Assembly (NCBI GenBank): GCA_964548195.1
Contig: CAZJQC010000011.1
Span: 1-31,178, forward strand
From: an uncultured bacterium
Lineage (GTDB): Bacteria; Macinerneyibacteriota; Macinerneyibacteria; Macinerneyibacteriales; DSCS01
Direction: 5' to 3'
DNA: 31,178 nucleotides
In this document: positions 1 to 10,213 of the stretch, piece by piece
Layout: each line of letters begins with the position of its first letter
Numbering within the stretch: position 1 is the first letter of the stretch
Program-made: the position numbers and the translations under genes
The notes under the pieces: generated by a model
The model's database searches: none
What the model was told of the DNA's origin: nothing
The model's input: only the letters and a program-made list of their open reading frames with translations

Positions 1-316
1 CCACGATAAGCGGTATGAAAAGTCCGAGGGAACGGTTCAAGTCCGGAGCGTAACCGGCCAGAAAAAACTGTATTATTGTCACAAAAGTGGCGATGACGAC
101 AATAAATATCGGTATACGCACCTTGGACGGCACTAATCCCTTTATCAAGGAAATGACGATATTCGACCCAAGCAGGACAAAGGAAGTGGCAAGTCCCATA
201 CCGAGTCCGTTGACCGCCGAAGACGTCACGGCCAGCGTCGGACAAAGGCCGAGCAGCATCACGAACGTGGGATTCTCCGCGACTATACCCTTTGAAAACT
301 CTTTAAATGCCTTCAT
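1..316 (-). CDS. rnfE: Rnf electron transport complex subunit E (partial, runs off the left edge)
   Basis: Not in the ORF track. Manual translation from ATG 316 gives [33 protein letters not shown]...[15 protein letters not shown]...LGLFIPLIV, with typical RnfE motifs. TGATG coupling with the rnfG stop. Confidence 0.95.
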   Translation of the reverse strand, partial: MKAFKEFSKGIVAENPTFVMLLGLCPTLAVTSSAVNGLGMGLATSFVLLGSNIVISLIKGLVPSKVRIPIFIVVIATFVTIIQFFLAGYAPDLNRSLGLFIPLIV

Positions 317-942
317 CAGCGATCACCTCCCCCTTCAAACGAGGAAAACAGCAATAGAGCGGCTTTGTTTATCCCGTCCGTTATGGCTTTGGACGTCACA
401 GTCGCTCCGGTGATGGCCGAGATACTGTTTTCTCCGTCCCCGACCGTTTTTTTGACCACATCTATCGTTCCGGCGGAAAGATCTTTATACTGCTCGGCAA
501 ACCATACGACAGGAACTCCGTCACGTTTTTCAGTCTCCTGACATCTGGCGCCAAGTCCGGGCGTCTCCGCCTGGGCGATCACTTTTATGCCCTCCACGGC
601 AGCATCCTGCCTAAGGCCGAGCATCACCACTATGGGAGATGCATCGTAGCCGTAACAGTAGACTTTTATCACGTATCCAATAAGGTCGCCGTTTTTTTCA
701 GCCGCCCAGTAGAGATTCTCGGCCACTCCGTCTATGATCTTGGTGGCTCCCGCGTCAGGATCGAGTAAAAGTTCTCTGAACGCATCCGCATCCGGCATGA
801 CATCGATCCGCGCTTTTTCTTCCTCTGCGGCCTTGATCATATCGATCCTCGGCTTTGTGGTCCTGTATACATAATCCAAAACAAAACCGGCAAAAAAGGT
901 GACGACGATCATAGCCAGTCCCAGTTTTAATATCTCTTTCAT
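316..942 (-). CDS. rnfG: Rnf complex subunit G (FMN-binding)
   Basis: N-terminal TM helix, ETPGLG motif and AITGATVTS FMNylation motif; lies between rnfD and rnfE. Confidence 0.93.
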   Translation of the reverse strand: MKEILKLGLAMIVVTFFAGFVLDYVYRTTKPRIDMIKAAEEEKARIDVMPDADAFRELLLDPDAGATKIIDGVAENLYWAAEKNGDLIGYVIKVYCYGYDASPIVVMLGLRQDAAVEGIKVIAQAETPGLGARCQETEKRDGVPVVWFAEQYKDLSAGTIDVVKKTVGDGENSISAITGATVTSKAITDGINKAALLLFSSFEGGGDR

Positions 943-2012
943 CTTTTCACCTCTCCCAGAACCCGCGGAACGGCATATTTGTCAATAAGCGGAACAAATA
1001 TATTCATTAAAAGTATGGAGTACGAGACCCCTTCAGGGTAACCGCCCCATGTCCTTATGGTAAATGTCAACAATCCCAGCGCAACGGCAAATATCCACTT
1101 TCCTTTTCTTGTCATCGGGGAAGTGACCATGTCTGTCGCCATGTAAAATGCGCCGAGCATCAATCCTCCGGTGAAGAGGTAGAAAAGCGGATTGCCCGTA
1201 AAGAGGCCGTGTATACCGCCGAAGGCCCATGACAAAGCCGCAACTGTCCCCAAATATCCGGCGGGTATGCGCCAGTCGACGATTTTCATAATGATCAGCG
1301 CCAGTCCGCCCAACAGGATGAACAATGCGGTTATTTCTCCGAAACAGCCGCCTATCCTGCCCAAAAAGGCATTCTCCGTCATACCGGAGGAAAACAGGGT
1401 GTCGACAGCCTTGACCGCGGTGTCCTTTAGGGCCGGATCACTGATGGCCGCCTTGGCGGTCTTTATGGCTCCCAAAGGGGTGGCGGAAGTGACAGTCTCA
1501 ACAAATTTCGCGGTTGCCGGGTCATTTATGACACCGAAGGCCATGTCCGATATGGACAAAAGCCCGCCTTTCGGCGCAGTCCAGCCCGATGTCATTGACG
1601 CCGGGTACGAAGCCACAAGGAAAGCCCGGCCTGCCAGAGCGGGGTTGAAAATATTATACCCCAGACCGCCGAATAGCTGTTTTGCCACTATGACAGCAAA
1701 TGCGGTGCCCAATGCGACCTTCCATAATTCTATCTGAGGCGGCATATTGAACACTATCAAGATGGCCGTCAACGCTGCGCTGCCGTCTGACACCGTGACC
1801 TTTTTTCTGAATAACAGCTCCATCGCGGCCTCGGACGCCAGAGCCGCAGCCAATGCAGCAAGGGCGACCCATAAAGTCCTGACTCCAAATAAATATACCG
1901 TATGCATAAAGGCAGGTATCAGCGATATGAACACTACCCACATCACTTTGGCAACAGATATGTTTTTTTTGATATGAGGTGATGTTGAGACAAAAAGCCT
2001 GTTATCCGTCAT
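939..2012 (-). CDS. rnfD: Rnf complex subunit D
   Basis: Start moved to ATG 2012 (MTDNRLFVSTSPH; ATGA overlap with the rnfC stop). Motifs KQLFGGLGYNIFNPALAGR, TSATPL (FMN site), MATDMVTSP and GGYPEGV. Confidence 0.95.
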   Translation of the reverse strand: MTDNRLFVSTSPHIKKNISVAKVMWVVFISLIPAFMHTVYLFGVRTLWVALAALAAALASEAAMELLFRKKVTVSDGSAALTAILIVFNMPPQIELWKVALGTAFAVIVAKQLFGGLGYNIFNPALAGRAFLVASYPASMTSGWTAPKGGLLSISDMAFGVINDPATAKFVETVTSATPLGAIKTAKAAISDPALKDTAVKAVDTLFSSGMTENAFLGRIGGCFGEITALFILLGGLALIIMKIVDWRIPAGYLGTVAALSWAFGGIHGLFTGNPLFYLFTGGLMLGAFYMATDMVTSPMTRKGKWIFAVALGLLTFTIRTWGGYPEGVSYSILLMNIFVPLIDKYAVPRVLGEVKR

Positions 2013-3346
2013 TTCGCTTCTCCCTTCGCTGCCTTTTCTCTGGCCATTATCTTTCTCAATGAGGTCTTGCCCAGACGCACGTACTGCACTATGGGTATTT
2101 TCGCCGGGCAGACAAAAGCGCAACTGCCGCATTCGATGCAGGCCATGAGGTTCATGTCGCCGGATTCGCCGTATCGTCCGTTCTTCACAAGCGCTACAAG
2201 CCTGGCCGGCAGGAGTTTCATGGGGCAGACATCGACGCATGATGCGCATGATATGCAGTTTGCGGCGGGCTGATCAGCGATCTCACCCTCTTCAAACACA
2301 AGTATGCCCGAGGTGCCTTTTGTAACAGGAAGGTCTTTTACGGTAAATTGTGAAAATCCCATCATGGGCCCCCCTGAGATCACTTCAGCGGCATTATCCT
2401 TTGCCCCTCCCGCTCTGGCGATAAGATTTTCAAAGGTATCCCCCACTCTTGCTATAAAATTCGCGGTGCCTTTCATACCGCCGCCGCTTACAGTGACGGC
2501 CCGCTCGACAAGCGGCCTTCCGTTCACAACGGCATCATAAAGAGCATAGGCCGTGCCGACATTGTGCACTACAACGCCCACATCGAGCGGCAAGCCCCCG
2601 TTCGGCACCTTTCGCCCCAGTATAGAGTCGATGAGTTGTTTTTCCGCGCCCTGGGGATACTTGGTCTTCACTCTCTTCACTTCGATGTCATCAAACCCGG
2701 AACATGCTTTTTCCATGGATGCTATGGCGGCCGGTTTATTGTGTTCGATGCCCACATATCCTCTGGCGGCGCCGGTCGCTTTCATCAAAAGCCTGAGGCC
2801 AGTGACAATGCCCGCGGGGCGCTCTCTCATGATCCGGTCGTCACAAGTCAAAAAAGGTTCGCATTCGGCCCCGTTCAGTATCACATATTCGACTTTTTTC
2901 CACGGCGGAGGTGTGATCTTCACATGTGTGGGGAAGGTGGCCCCCCCCATGCCGACAATGCCCATCTCTTCGGCTATCCCCGCTATAATGCTGCCTTCAA
3001 TGGCATCAGGGTCATACGCCGGATAATCGAACCAGTCATCTTCGCCGGTCCTTTCCACAACAACGGCAAGGCCCTTTCCGGATACAGGGTTCGGATACGC
3101 TCCCACGGCTTTGACCACCCCCGTTACGGAGGAATGTATGTTTGCGGAGATCTTCCCGGCTGATTTCGCTATTTTCTGCCCGCTCTTCACCCTGTCGCCG
3201 ATCTTCACAATCGGTTCCGCAGGGGCTCCGATATGCTGTGAGACGGGAATTATTGCGATATCGGGCAAAGGCAGTGTCTCCAATGCCCTTTCCTCGGACA
3301 TCTCCTTGCCCTCGGGCGGGTGCACGCCCCCTTTGAATGTCAACAC
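2009..3346 (-). CDS. rnfC: Rnf complex subunit C
   Basis: TFKGGVHP, GIVGMGGATFPTHVK, NGAECEP, KYPQGAEKQL and two CxxCxxCxxxCP motifs. GTG 3346 preferred because AGGAGG lies 8 nt upstream; the ORF-track start is 3355. Confidence 0.95.
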   Translation of the reverse strand: MLTFKGGVHPPEGKEMSEERALETLPLPDIAIIPVSQHIGAPAEPIVKIGDRVKSGQKIAKSAGKISANIHSSVTGVVKAVGAYPNPVSGKGLAVVVERTGEDDWFDYPAYDPDAIEGSIIAGIAEEMGIVGMGGATFPTHVKITPPPWKKVEYVILNGAECEPFLTCDDRIMRERPAGIVTGLRLLMKATGAARGYVGIEHNKPAAIASMEKACSGFDDIEVKRVKTKYPQGAEKQLIDSILGRKVPNGGLPLDVGVVVHNVGTAYALYDAVVNGRPLVERAVTVSGGGMKGTANFIARVGDTFENLIARAGGAKDNAAEVISGGPMMGFSQFTVKDLPVTKGTSGILVFEEGEIADQPAANCISCASCVDVCPMKLLPARLVALVKNGRYGESGDMNLMACIECGSCAFVCPAKIPIVQYVRLGKTSLRKIMAREKAAKGEAK

Positions 3347-3359
3347 ACCAAACACCTCC

Positions 3360-3839
3360 TTAATTAAAAGCCTTCTCTATCCCCACCAGCTCATATTTTG
3401 TAGAGCCGCCCGGGGCCCTTACCAACACTTTGTCCCCTATTTTTTTGCCGATCATGACCTTTCCGACAGGCGATTCGTTGGAGATCCTGTTTACAGAATA
3501 ATCAGCATCATCCCTTCCGACTATCGTATATACGACAATATCACCGGTATCCAGGTCCCTGAGGCTGACGCGCACACCGACCACCACCACATCAGTCCTG
3601 ATCTTGCTCTCGTCAAGTATCCTCGCATGGCTGATCTTGGCCTGAAGCTCCGAAATACGGGTCTCAATAAGCCCCTGCTTCTCTTTGGCCGACGAATATT
3701 CGGCGTTTTCACTCAGATCGCCCAAGGCGCGGGCCTCCTGTATGGCTTTTATTATCGCAGGCCTTTCCTCTTTTTTCAGGCGTTGAAGATCCGCCACCAA
3801 TTCAAGATATTTGTCTCTGGTTATATAGAATTCATTCAT
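3360..3839 (-). CDS. greA: Transcription elongation factor GreA
   Basis: ARALGDLSENAEY, ISNESPVG and APGG motifs; 159 aa. Confidence 0.96.
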   Translation of the reverse strand: MNEFYITRDKYLELVADLQRLKKEERPAIIKAIQEARALGDLSENAEYSSAKEKQGLIETRISELQAKISHARILDESKIRTDVVVVGVRVSLRDLDTGDIVVYTIVGRDDADYSVNRISNESPVGKVMIGKKIGDKVLVRAPGGSTKYELVGIEKAFN

Positions 3840-3892
3840 CGTAAAAAAATCCTCCCGATACGCGTAATAAGCCCGCTAAAGGCCCTGTGAAG

Positions 3893-3920
3893 ATTATAGT
3901 TATTTTATCTTTTCAGTCAA
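3893..3920 (-). promoter_or_regulatory. sigma70-like promoter for greA-rnf
   Basis: TTGACT-N16-TATAAT on the minus strand. Confidence 0.8.
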
Positions 3921-3925
3921 CCTCT

Positions 3926-5587
3926 TCATTTGTGATATAAAAATCTTTTCACCTTCTTTGTAGGTGTTTTTTCAAAAGGCTCCGGCTGAAGCTCGATCCT
4001 TTTGATCTTGGCATAAGACGGCAATATTGCGTTTACGGCGTTCCTGTTCTCCTCCATCTTCCCCCTGATAAGCTCCTCAATATCGGAAGAATCATATCCC
4101 AGAGAATCCAGTTCATCGTAATTGGGGTATATAAGGGCATATAGGCCGTTTTCATCATCAAGCACAAGAGATTCTTGAACAAATTGCATGCTGTTTAATT
4201 TGTTTTCCACCTCTTCCGGATAGATATTCTGGCCGGAGGGGCCCAGTATCATATTTTTGCTGCGCCCTTTTATGTATATAAAACCGTTTTCATCCATGAG
4301 TCCGAGATCCCCCGTATGCAGCCAGCCTTCACTGTCGAGAGACTCCTCCGTGGCCGTGTTGTTTCTGTAATATCCAAGCATCACATTGGGGCCTTTTACC
4401 ATGATCTCTCCGGCCACTGTGACGGGATCCGGAGACGCTATTTTGACTTGGCAGTAATTCATGGACCTGCCGACGGATCTCGCGGGATGTTTGTCCCAGG
4501 GCGCGTAAGAGATAAGGGGCCCGCATTCCGTCATCCCGTACCCCACACTAAGCGGAAATTCAAGTTTTTTAAAAAAACTTTCCACATCCGGATTAAGCGG
4601 AGCGCCGCCCACGACGATCTCCAAGAAATTATTGCCGAACGCTTCATATAACTTTTTTCTGATCTTGGAATAGACAAGCCTGCGTGATACAGGTATTTTT
4701 GTGAGCAGTCTGAGCGACCCTTTGCCCAGGATCGGCGCGATCTGTTTCCTGTAGACCTTTTCAATGATCAGCGGGACCATATTGAGCAGACGGGGCTTTA
4801 TATCGGCCAACGCTTTCAATAATATCTTTGGAGAAGGTATGGTAGGCAGAAAAGTGATGTGGCAGCCTGTGAAAAATGGAAAAAGCAAGTCTATTGAGCA
4901 TCCGTAAGCATGAGCCAGGGGAAGGAAAGAGAGTATGCGGTCCCCCCCTTTGAGAGGCATGTTTTCACGTGAAAACATGATATTTATCATAAGGCTTCTG
5001 TAGGGAAGCATTACCCCCTTTGAAAAACCCGAAGTGCCCGATGTGTATACCAAAGCCGCACAGTCATCCTGGGATATGTCATCGGGAAAGCGCAGATCGT
5101 CCTTAAGCAACTGTTGCCTGCCGGCGCCGGATTCCCGGTGTTTTTTAACGATCTCATCGGAATTCTTTACGTTTGTATACAAAAAAGAGAAATCGTCCAG
5201 AGAAATAACGGACCTTAGTTTTTTTATCATCGTCTCGTCTAATTTGTCAAACATGACCCCGCTGGCGAAAAGAAATTCGGCTTCGGAATGATTTAATATG
5301 TGCTGTATGTCTTCCGGATGAAAATCTATAAGTATGGGCACTATGACAGCTCCATACGATAATGCGGCAAAATAGACCACTGCCCAGTTTGAACAGTTTT
5401 TACCCAAAAGCGCGATTTTATCACCCTTTTTTAGGCCAAAACTGGCAAAAATAGCATGAAATGTCTTTATTTTCCCGGCGACCTCCGCGTATGTGATACT
5501 TTCACCGCCATAATCCGAAAAAGCCTCTCTGTCCCAGTTTTCCCTCAACACTTCTTCAATAGAGCTGATCATGTTTTTAATTTCCAT
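3926..5587 (-). CDS. Long-chain fatty acid--CoA ligase (AMP-binding family)
   Basis: YTSGTSGFSKG, GYGMTE and GWLHTGDLG...YIKGRSKN motifs. Start at 5587 chosen from GGAGGT spacing (5593 is an alternative). Confidence 0.88.
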   Translation of the reverse strand: MEIKNMISSIEEVLRENWDREAFSDYGGESITYAEVAGKIKTFHAIFASFGLKKGDKIALLGKNCSNWAVVYFAALSYGAVIVPILIDFHPEDIQHILNHSEAEFLFASGVMFDKLDETMIKKLRSVISLDDFSFLYTNVKNSDEIVKKHRESGAGRQQLLKDDLRFPDDISQDDCAALVYTSGTSGFSKGVMLPYRSLMINIMFSRENMPLKGGDRILSFLPLAHAYGCSIDLLFPFFTGCHITFLPTIPSPKILLKALADIKPRLLNMVPLIIEKVYRKQIAPILGKGSLRLLTKIPVSRRLVYSKIRKKLYEAFGNNFLEIVVGGAPLNPDVESFFKKLEFPLSVGYGMTECGPLISYAPWDKHPARSVGRSMNYCQVKIASPDPVTVAGEIMVKGPNVMLGYYRNNTATEESLDSEGWLHTGDLGLMDENGFIYIKGRSKNMILGPSGQNIYPEEVENKLNSMQFVQESLVLDDENGLYALIYPNYDELDSLGYDSSDIEELIRGKMEENRNAVNAILPSYAKIKRIELQPEPFEKTPTKKVKRFLYHK

Positions 5588-5608
5588 CTTCATACCTCCC
5601 ATTCGAGA

Positions 5609-5636
5609 AGTTTACATTATTTATAGCTAAATACAA
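5609..5636 (-). promoter_or_regulatory. Candidate promoter for the acyl-CoA synthetase
   Basis: TTGTAT-N16-TAAACT on the minus strand. Confidence 0.5.
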
Positions 5637-5701
5637 CATTTTTCTATACGCAAGACCCATTCCCGCCATACCAGCCATATTCCCAAATAAAGATTTTTCA
5701 G

Positions 5702-5730
5702 TTGACAAGACTCGGCACATATATTAATAT
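5702..5730 (+). promoter_or_regulatory. Promoter of the tRNA cluster
   Basis: TTGACA-N17-TAATAT followed by a GC-rich discriminator (ACCCCTGCC). Confidence 0.75.
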
Positions 5731-5746
5731 ACCCCTGCCTTGGAAA

Positions 5747-5820
5747 CGGGGTGTAGCGCAGCCCGGTAGCGCACCTGCCTTGGGAGCAGGTGGTCGGGGG
5801 TTCAAATCCCTCCACCCCGA
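5747..5820 (+). tRNA. tRNA-Pro(TGG)
   Basis: Cloverleaf with acceptor CGGGGTG/CACCCCG, anticodon arm CCTGC-CTTGGGA-GCAGG and GTTCAAATC T-loop; CCA not encoded. Confidence 0.97.
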
Positions 5821-5842
5821 TGGCAGGATTTAATGCGGAAAT

Positions 5843-5916
5843 GCGCCCGTAGCTCAGCTGGATAGAGCATCAGACTTCTAATCTGGGGGTCACAGGTTCG
5901 AATCCTGTCGGGCGTA
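5843..5916 (+). tRNA. tRNA-Arg(TCT)
   Basis: Acceptor GCGCCCG/CGGGCGT, anticodon loop CTTCTAA and GGTTCGAATCC; CCA not encoded. Confidence 0.97.
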
Positions 5917-5932
5917 TTTGTTTTTGAGTTAT

Positions 5933-6009
5933 GGTGGGTGTAGCTCAGCTGGTAGAGCAACGGATTGTGGCTCCGTTGGTCGTGGGTTCAAGTCCCATCA
6001 TCCACCCCA
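5933..6009 (+). tRNA. tRNA-His(GTG)
   Basis: G-1 at 5933, acceptor GTGGGTG/CATCCAC, C73 discriminator, anticodon loop TTGTGGC; CCA encoded at 6007-6009. Confidence 0.97.
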
Positions 6010-6010
6010 G

Positions 6011-6083
<73 letters not shown>

Positions 6084-6084
6084 T

Positions 6085-6116
6085 AAAAAAAGGCTGTCCG
6101 ATGACAGCCTTTTTTT
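6085..6116. terminator. Bidirectional intrinsic terminator between the tRNA cluster and yajC
   Basis: A-tract, AGGCTGTC-cgat-GACAGCCT stem-loop, T-tract; lies between convergent units. Confidence 0.9.
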
Positions 6117-6138
6117 ATTGCTTTTTTTTCGTGTGGAT

Positions 6139-6477
6139 TCAGTTTTTCGGTATTTCCTGTTCCGCGGCGGGATCAGACGCCAGCCCCGCTATCATGCTTT
6201 TTACAAATTCCATCTTCACTCCGTCGGCTACGCGTATGACGGCTTTGTTTTCTTCGATCTTTGCAATAGTCCCGTAGATGCCCGCATTCGTCAGCACCCT
6301 GTCGCCGGGTTTGAGCGCCTCAAGCATGCTGCTGTGTTTTTTTCTCTGTTTTTTCTGCGGAACGATCAATATCAGGTAAAACACCACAAAAAACGCAACT
6401 ATCGGCAACAGGCCCATAAGCGGGTTCTGCGCGCCGGCTGTCTGAAACAAGACAGTCGCGATAAGTAAATTTGTCAT
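6139..6477 (-). CDS. yajC: Preprotein translocase subunit YajC
   Basis: TM helix followed by PQKKQRKKH...LKPGDRVLTNAGIYGTI. Confidence 0.95.
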   Translation of the reverse strand: MTNLLIATVLFQTAGAQNPLMGLLPIVAFFVVFYLILIVPQKKQRKKHSSMLEALKPGDRVLTNAGIYGTIAKIEENKAVIRVADGVKMEFVKSMIAGLASDPAAEQEIPKN

Positions 6478-7163
6478 TTTTCCTCCTTGTCGGAGACCCT
6501 TATTGTGATCTCCCCGTTACTGTAACCTTTAAGGGTACGCAAAAAACCTGTCAGCGTACCAGCCAACGCCTTTTCCACAAAGGGCATAAGCCCAAGGCGC
6601 TTTCCATCTATATCCACCGTTATCGACCGCTCTTTTTCATTTTCGTCCCTGCAGTCCGCCCCGCAACCGCGACACTCGCCGCCCATCTCTTTATTGCGCC
6701 GGCCATCCGCCATGAAATCGTCGGTTTCTGATATCCTGAGTATGAGCATCTCCAGTATGTCGTCAGAAAACGAGGAGGCGCCCTCCTCCATAGAGACCTC
6801 TGCTATAAGATTGGCCCTGAGGGCAGCCTCGCCGGGATCGCCTTTCACGCAAAGTATCCTGGGAAGCGGGACCTCTTTCATCCCTTCCACAAAAAGGACG
6901 TCAACGCCTGTGAATTCCGCCGCCGCCGATTCGATGGAAACCGATTTCTTCTGATCAAACAGATAGGTCCCGTCATCTATCATCACTCTGCCGGCGCCCG
7001 CCTGCAAAAATGCCGCACTGTCATTGGCCATGGCTTCCGGGCGTGTATGAACGTGTTTTATGACGCCTGTATTCATACCTCTTTGCGCAAGTCTTTCCAG
7101 GAGGCCGCATATCAATGTGGTCTTCCCGCTCTTTTTATATCCGGTCACCTGTATGAGCTTCAT
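6474..7163 (-). CDS. mobB: Molybdopterin-guanine dinucleotide biosynthesis protein B, with C-terminal extension
   Basis: GYKKSGKTTL Walker A, VIKH and VEGMK motifs; C-terminal CxxCxxxC and MPFVEKAL segment. Confidence 0.85.
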   Translation of the reverse strand: MKLIQVTGYKKSGKTTLICGLLERLAQRGMNTGVIKHVHTRPEAMANDSAAFLQAGAGRVMIDDGTYLFDQKKSVSIESAAAEFTGVDVLFVEGMKEVPLPRILCVKGDPGEAALRANLIAEVSMEEGASSFSDDILEMLILRISETDDFMADGRRNKEMGGECRGCGADCRDENEKERSITVDIDGKRLGLMPFVEKALAGTLTGFLRTLKGYSNGEITIRVSDKEEK

Positions 7164-7164
7164 G

Positions 7165-7545
7165 TCACTTCGATTCCGCGATCATTTCGATCTCAACAAG
7201 GGCTCCCAACGGCAAAGCCGCGACCTCAAATGCGCTTCTGGCAGGCGGGTCACCCTTGAAAAATGTCTCGTAAATACGGTTGAACTCTTTGAAATCACCG
7301 ATATCCTGCAGATAGACAGTGGCTTTGACCGCATTTTCAAGCGAAGACCCCGCCGCATCAAGCACCGCCCCGACGTTTTTCATCGATTGCGCGGTCTGCT
7401 CGCATATTCCGCCCTCCGCAAATTTTCCCGTTTCAGGGTCGATGGGCAGCTGACCCGATGTGAACACCAGTCCGCAGCACTTGACGCCCTGACTATACGG
7501 CCCCACAGCTTTGGGGGCGTTGCCCGTCATCACTATATCTCTCAT
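7165..7545 (-). CDS. ridA: RidA/YjgF family enamine/imine deaminase
   Basis: APKAVGPYSQ, SGQLP, PPARS and LVEIE motifs; ATG 7545 has an AAGGAG RBS. Confidence 0.92.
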   Translation of the reverse strand: MRDIVMTGNAPKAVGPYSQGVKCCGLVFTSGQLPIDPETGKFAEGGICEQTAQSMKNVGAVLDAAGSSLENAVKATVYLQDIGDFKEFNRIYETFFKGDPPARSAFEVAALPLGALVEIEMIAESK

Positions 7546-7564
7546 GTCCGCTCCTTTCTCCTTG

Positions 7565-8116
7565 TCAATTGTCACCGAGTTTCCCCCGGTAACGCTCCAT
7601 CTCACTGTATATGCACCCGCAATACTGCTGCCGGTACATCCCCGCTTCACGGGATTTCTCTATGCCGTATTTCCAGCCTTCCCTGAAATCGCGGTAAAGG
7701 AATTTTCTGCCGTATCCCCTGGCCGCCGAAAGGCCCATCTCCCTGATGAGGTCATGGCGCTGCATCTTGCTGTAGAGAAGTGTGGTCGTAAAATAGTCGA
7801 ATTTGCCTTTGCGTGCGATACCCGCCGCTTTTTCAAGTCTTTTTGAGTAACAGTTCGGGCATCTGCCATTCTCACGATATGCCGAATCCCTCAAAAATTC
7901 CACAAGCGAGTACTCATCAAGCTCTATTAAAGGCACATCCTGAGATCTGAAATATTCTCTGGCAGCCTCAAGGCGTTTCAAGTACTCCGTAAAAGGATGT
8001 ATGTTTGGATTAAACCAAAGCCCGTGTACCTCGTATCCCTCTTCCCGCAATACCTTTAGCGGATAGACCGCACAGGGGCCGCAGCAGACGTGGAGCAGGA
8101 CTCTTTCAGCCGTCAT
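7565..8116 (-). CDS. queH: Epoxyqueuosine reductase QueH
   Basis: [29 protein letters not shown] and YRQQYCGC motifs; start set at MTAERV (8116). Confidence 0.92.
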   Translation of the reverse strand: MTAERVLLHVCCGPCAVYPLKVLREEGYEVHGLWFNPNIHPFTEYLKRLEAAREYFRSQDVPLIELDEYSLVEFLRDSAYRENGRCPNCYSKRLEKAAGIARKGKFDYFTTTLLYSKMQRHDLIREMGLSAARGYGRKFLYRDFREGWKYGIEKSREAGMYRQQYCGCIYSEMERYRGKLGDN

Positions 8117-9131
8117 ACCCGGACTCCGTTCCGTCATCCGCACGGTCGATGCCCAGAAGTCCATAGGCCGATGATGAGACTGCTCTGCCTCTCGGAGTCC
8201 GTTCCAGGTACCCGGACCTTATCAAAAAAGGCTCATACATATCCTCTATGGTATCACGTTCTTCGCCGATTATCGCGGATAATGTCTCAAGGCCCACCGG
8301 CCCGCCGCCGAAACGCTCTATGATGACCGAAAGTATCATCCTATCCATCTTCTCAAGGCCGTGGGAGTCTATATGGAGGAGGCCGAAAGCCTCTTCAAGC
8401 ACAGATGCGTCGATGACGCCATTGTTTTTTACCTCTGCAAAGTCCCGTATGCGTTTTAAAAGCCTGTTCGCCACCCTCGGAGTATATCTTGACCGTCTGG
8501 CTATCTCATGCGACGATTCGCTGTCAATACGCACGCCAAGTATGGAGGCCGACCTTGATATGACGGTATTGATCTCCTCCTGATCGTAAAATTCAAGATG
8601 TTCCATGACGCCGAAGCGGTCTCTCAGCGGCGACGTAAGCAATCCTGCGCGCGTTGTGGCTCCTATAAGTGTAAAAGGCTGGACCGGTATTCTTATGTTT
8701 CTGGCTCCGGGGCCCTTTCCGATTATAATATCAAGTTCAAAATCCTCCATGGCGGAATAAAGCACTTCCTCCACGCTTCTGTTCAGCCTGTGTATCTCAT
8801 CAAGAAAAAGAACATCATCTTTCTCCAGATTTGTAAGTATGGCTGCCAGATCGCCGGTCTTTGTCAGCACCGGTCCTGAAGAGACTTTTATGTTGACCCC
8901 CATCTCATGGGCTATTATGTGGGCGAGTGTCGTCTTCCCAAGCCCCGGAGGGCCGTAAAGCAATGTGTGGTCCACGGGTTCGCCCCGCATCTTCGCTGCT
9001 TTAAGATATATGCGCAGTTTCCTTATCAGCTCTTTCTGCCCGATAAAATCTTCAAGCCTGGAGGGACGCAGCCCCGGATCGTTCTCATTGTCGCCGTTTA
9101 TAAGGTTTGAGTCCGTTATTTGATCCGCCAT
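8106..9131 (-). CDS. ruvB: Holliday junction branch migration helicase RuvB
   Basis: [33 protein letters not shown] and RTPRGR motifs. Confidence 0.97.
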   Translation of the reverse strand: MADQITDSNLINGDNENDPGLRPSRLEDFIGQKELIRKLRIYLKAAKMRGEPVDHTLLYGPPGLGKTTLAHIIAHEMGVNIKVSSGPVLTKTGDLAAILTNLEKDDVLFLDEIHRLNRSVEEVLYSAMEDFELDIIIGKGPGARNIRIPVQPFTLIGATTRAGLLTSPLRDRFGVMEHLEFYDQEEINTVISRSASILGVRIDSESSHEIARRSRYTPRVANRLLKRIRDFAEVKNNGVIDASVLEEAFGLLHIDSHGLEKMDRMILSVIIERFGGGPVGLETLSAIIGEERDTIEDMYEPFLIRSGYLERTPRGRAVSSSAYGLLGIDRADDGTESGYDG

Positions 9132-9141
9132 TCCGAGCAAG

Positions 9142-9732
9142 TCACCCCTTCCCAAGGTATTTCAGAGCTTCCCTGATAAGTCCCTGCGTGTCGGCATATC
9201 CGCCCTCCGCCATCAGGTCATTGACAACAGACCTGACTTTGGACGCGGGGAACTGCAACGCGATAAGCGCCTCGACAGCCTCCCGTTTGATGTTCTCTGA
9301 CTCCGGCCGTTCCATGCGGGCGGCGCTTATGTCTTCGAAGCTGTCTCTCAACTCCAAAACGAGCCTCTCAGCCGTTTTCCGCCCTATGCCGGACAAAGAT
9401 GCCAAAAAGACTATGTCTGACGACCGCAGCGCGGAAACCACCGATATATAGTCGGTCTGTGAAAGTATTTTCATGGCGGCTTTCGGGCCTATGCCGGAAA
9501 CGCTGATAAGGCGCGTGAACAATGCCTTTTCAGCCTTGTCAAGAAAACCGTAAAGCGTCTCCTCGTCCTCCCGTATATGCTGATATACGAATATCCTTAT
9601 ATCAGAGCCTATTTCCGGAAGGCCTGATACTGTGGATGAGGATACGCTTACCTCATACCCTATCCCGCTCACCTCGACTATGATAAGGTCATCGCCGCTG
9701 AACTCAAGAAAACCATTAAGATAAGCTATCAT
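9142..9732 (-). CDS. ruvA: Holliday junction branch migration protein RuvA
   Basis: MIAYLNG start, [16 protein letters not shown], and HhH motifs SGIGPK and [10 protein letters not shown]. Confidence 0.96.
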   Translation of the reverse strand: MIAYLNGFLEFSGDDLIIVEVSGIGYEVSVSSSTVSGLPEIGSDIRIFVYQHIREDEETLYGFLDKAEKALFTRLISVSGIGPKAAMKILSQTDYISVVSALRSSDIVFLASLSGIGRKTAERLVLELRDSFEDISAARMERPESENIKREAVEALIALQFPASKVRSVVNDLMAEGGYADTQGLIREALKYLGKG

Positions 9733-10213
9733 AACACACCCCGCTGCCGTATTTATTGCAATGACAAATAGCCGCCGCGACGGCATCATATGCGTCGTAT
9801 GTATATTGCTTCTCGCGTATGCCGGTCAACAAAGAGACCATCTTGGAGACCTGCCTCTTCTCGGCCGTGCCAGTGCCGACCAGAGCAAGTTTTATTTCCT
9901 TCGGCGAATATCCGAACACCCTGACGCCATTGCGCGCCAGCGCAAGAAGCGCCGCTCCCCTGGACTGGCCGACCATGAGCGCGGAACCGGCATTCCTCGA
10001 AAAAAAGATCTCCTCCACCGCAGCGTGCAGTGGTTTGTGTTTCACGCATAATGCGTCTATTTTTTCAAATACCTCAAGCAGCTTCCGCTCAAGCGGCAGC
10101 TCCGCCGCAGGGCATATGACACCGAAATCGAGTACGGCAAAGCGGCTTCCCTTTTGTTCCACTGCCGCAAAGCCTGTGTTTACCAAGCCCGGGTCTATAC
10201 CGATGACAATCAT
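9716..10213 (-). CDS. ruvC: Crossover junction endodeoxyribonuclease RuvC
   Basis: GIDPG, VEEIFF, GTGTAEKRQV and DAYDAVAAAICH motifs. Confidence 0.96.
   Translation of the reverse strand: MIVIGIDPGLVNTGFAAVEQKGSRFAVLDFGVICPAAELPLERKLLEVFEKIDALCVKHKPLHAAVEEIFFSRNAGSALMVGQSRGAALLALARNGVRVFGYSPKEIKLALVGTGTAEKRQVSKMVSLLTGIREKQYTYDAYDAVAAAICHCNKYGSGVCYDSLS

Noticed and set aside
2013..2249. 79-aa N-terminal extension of RnfD in the ORF track
   Set aside because: It overlaps the rnfC 3' end in another frame. RnfD homology starts at MTDNRLFVSTSPH, which has ATGA coupling.
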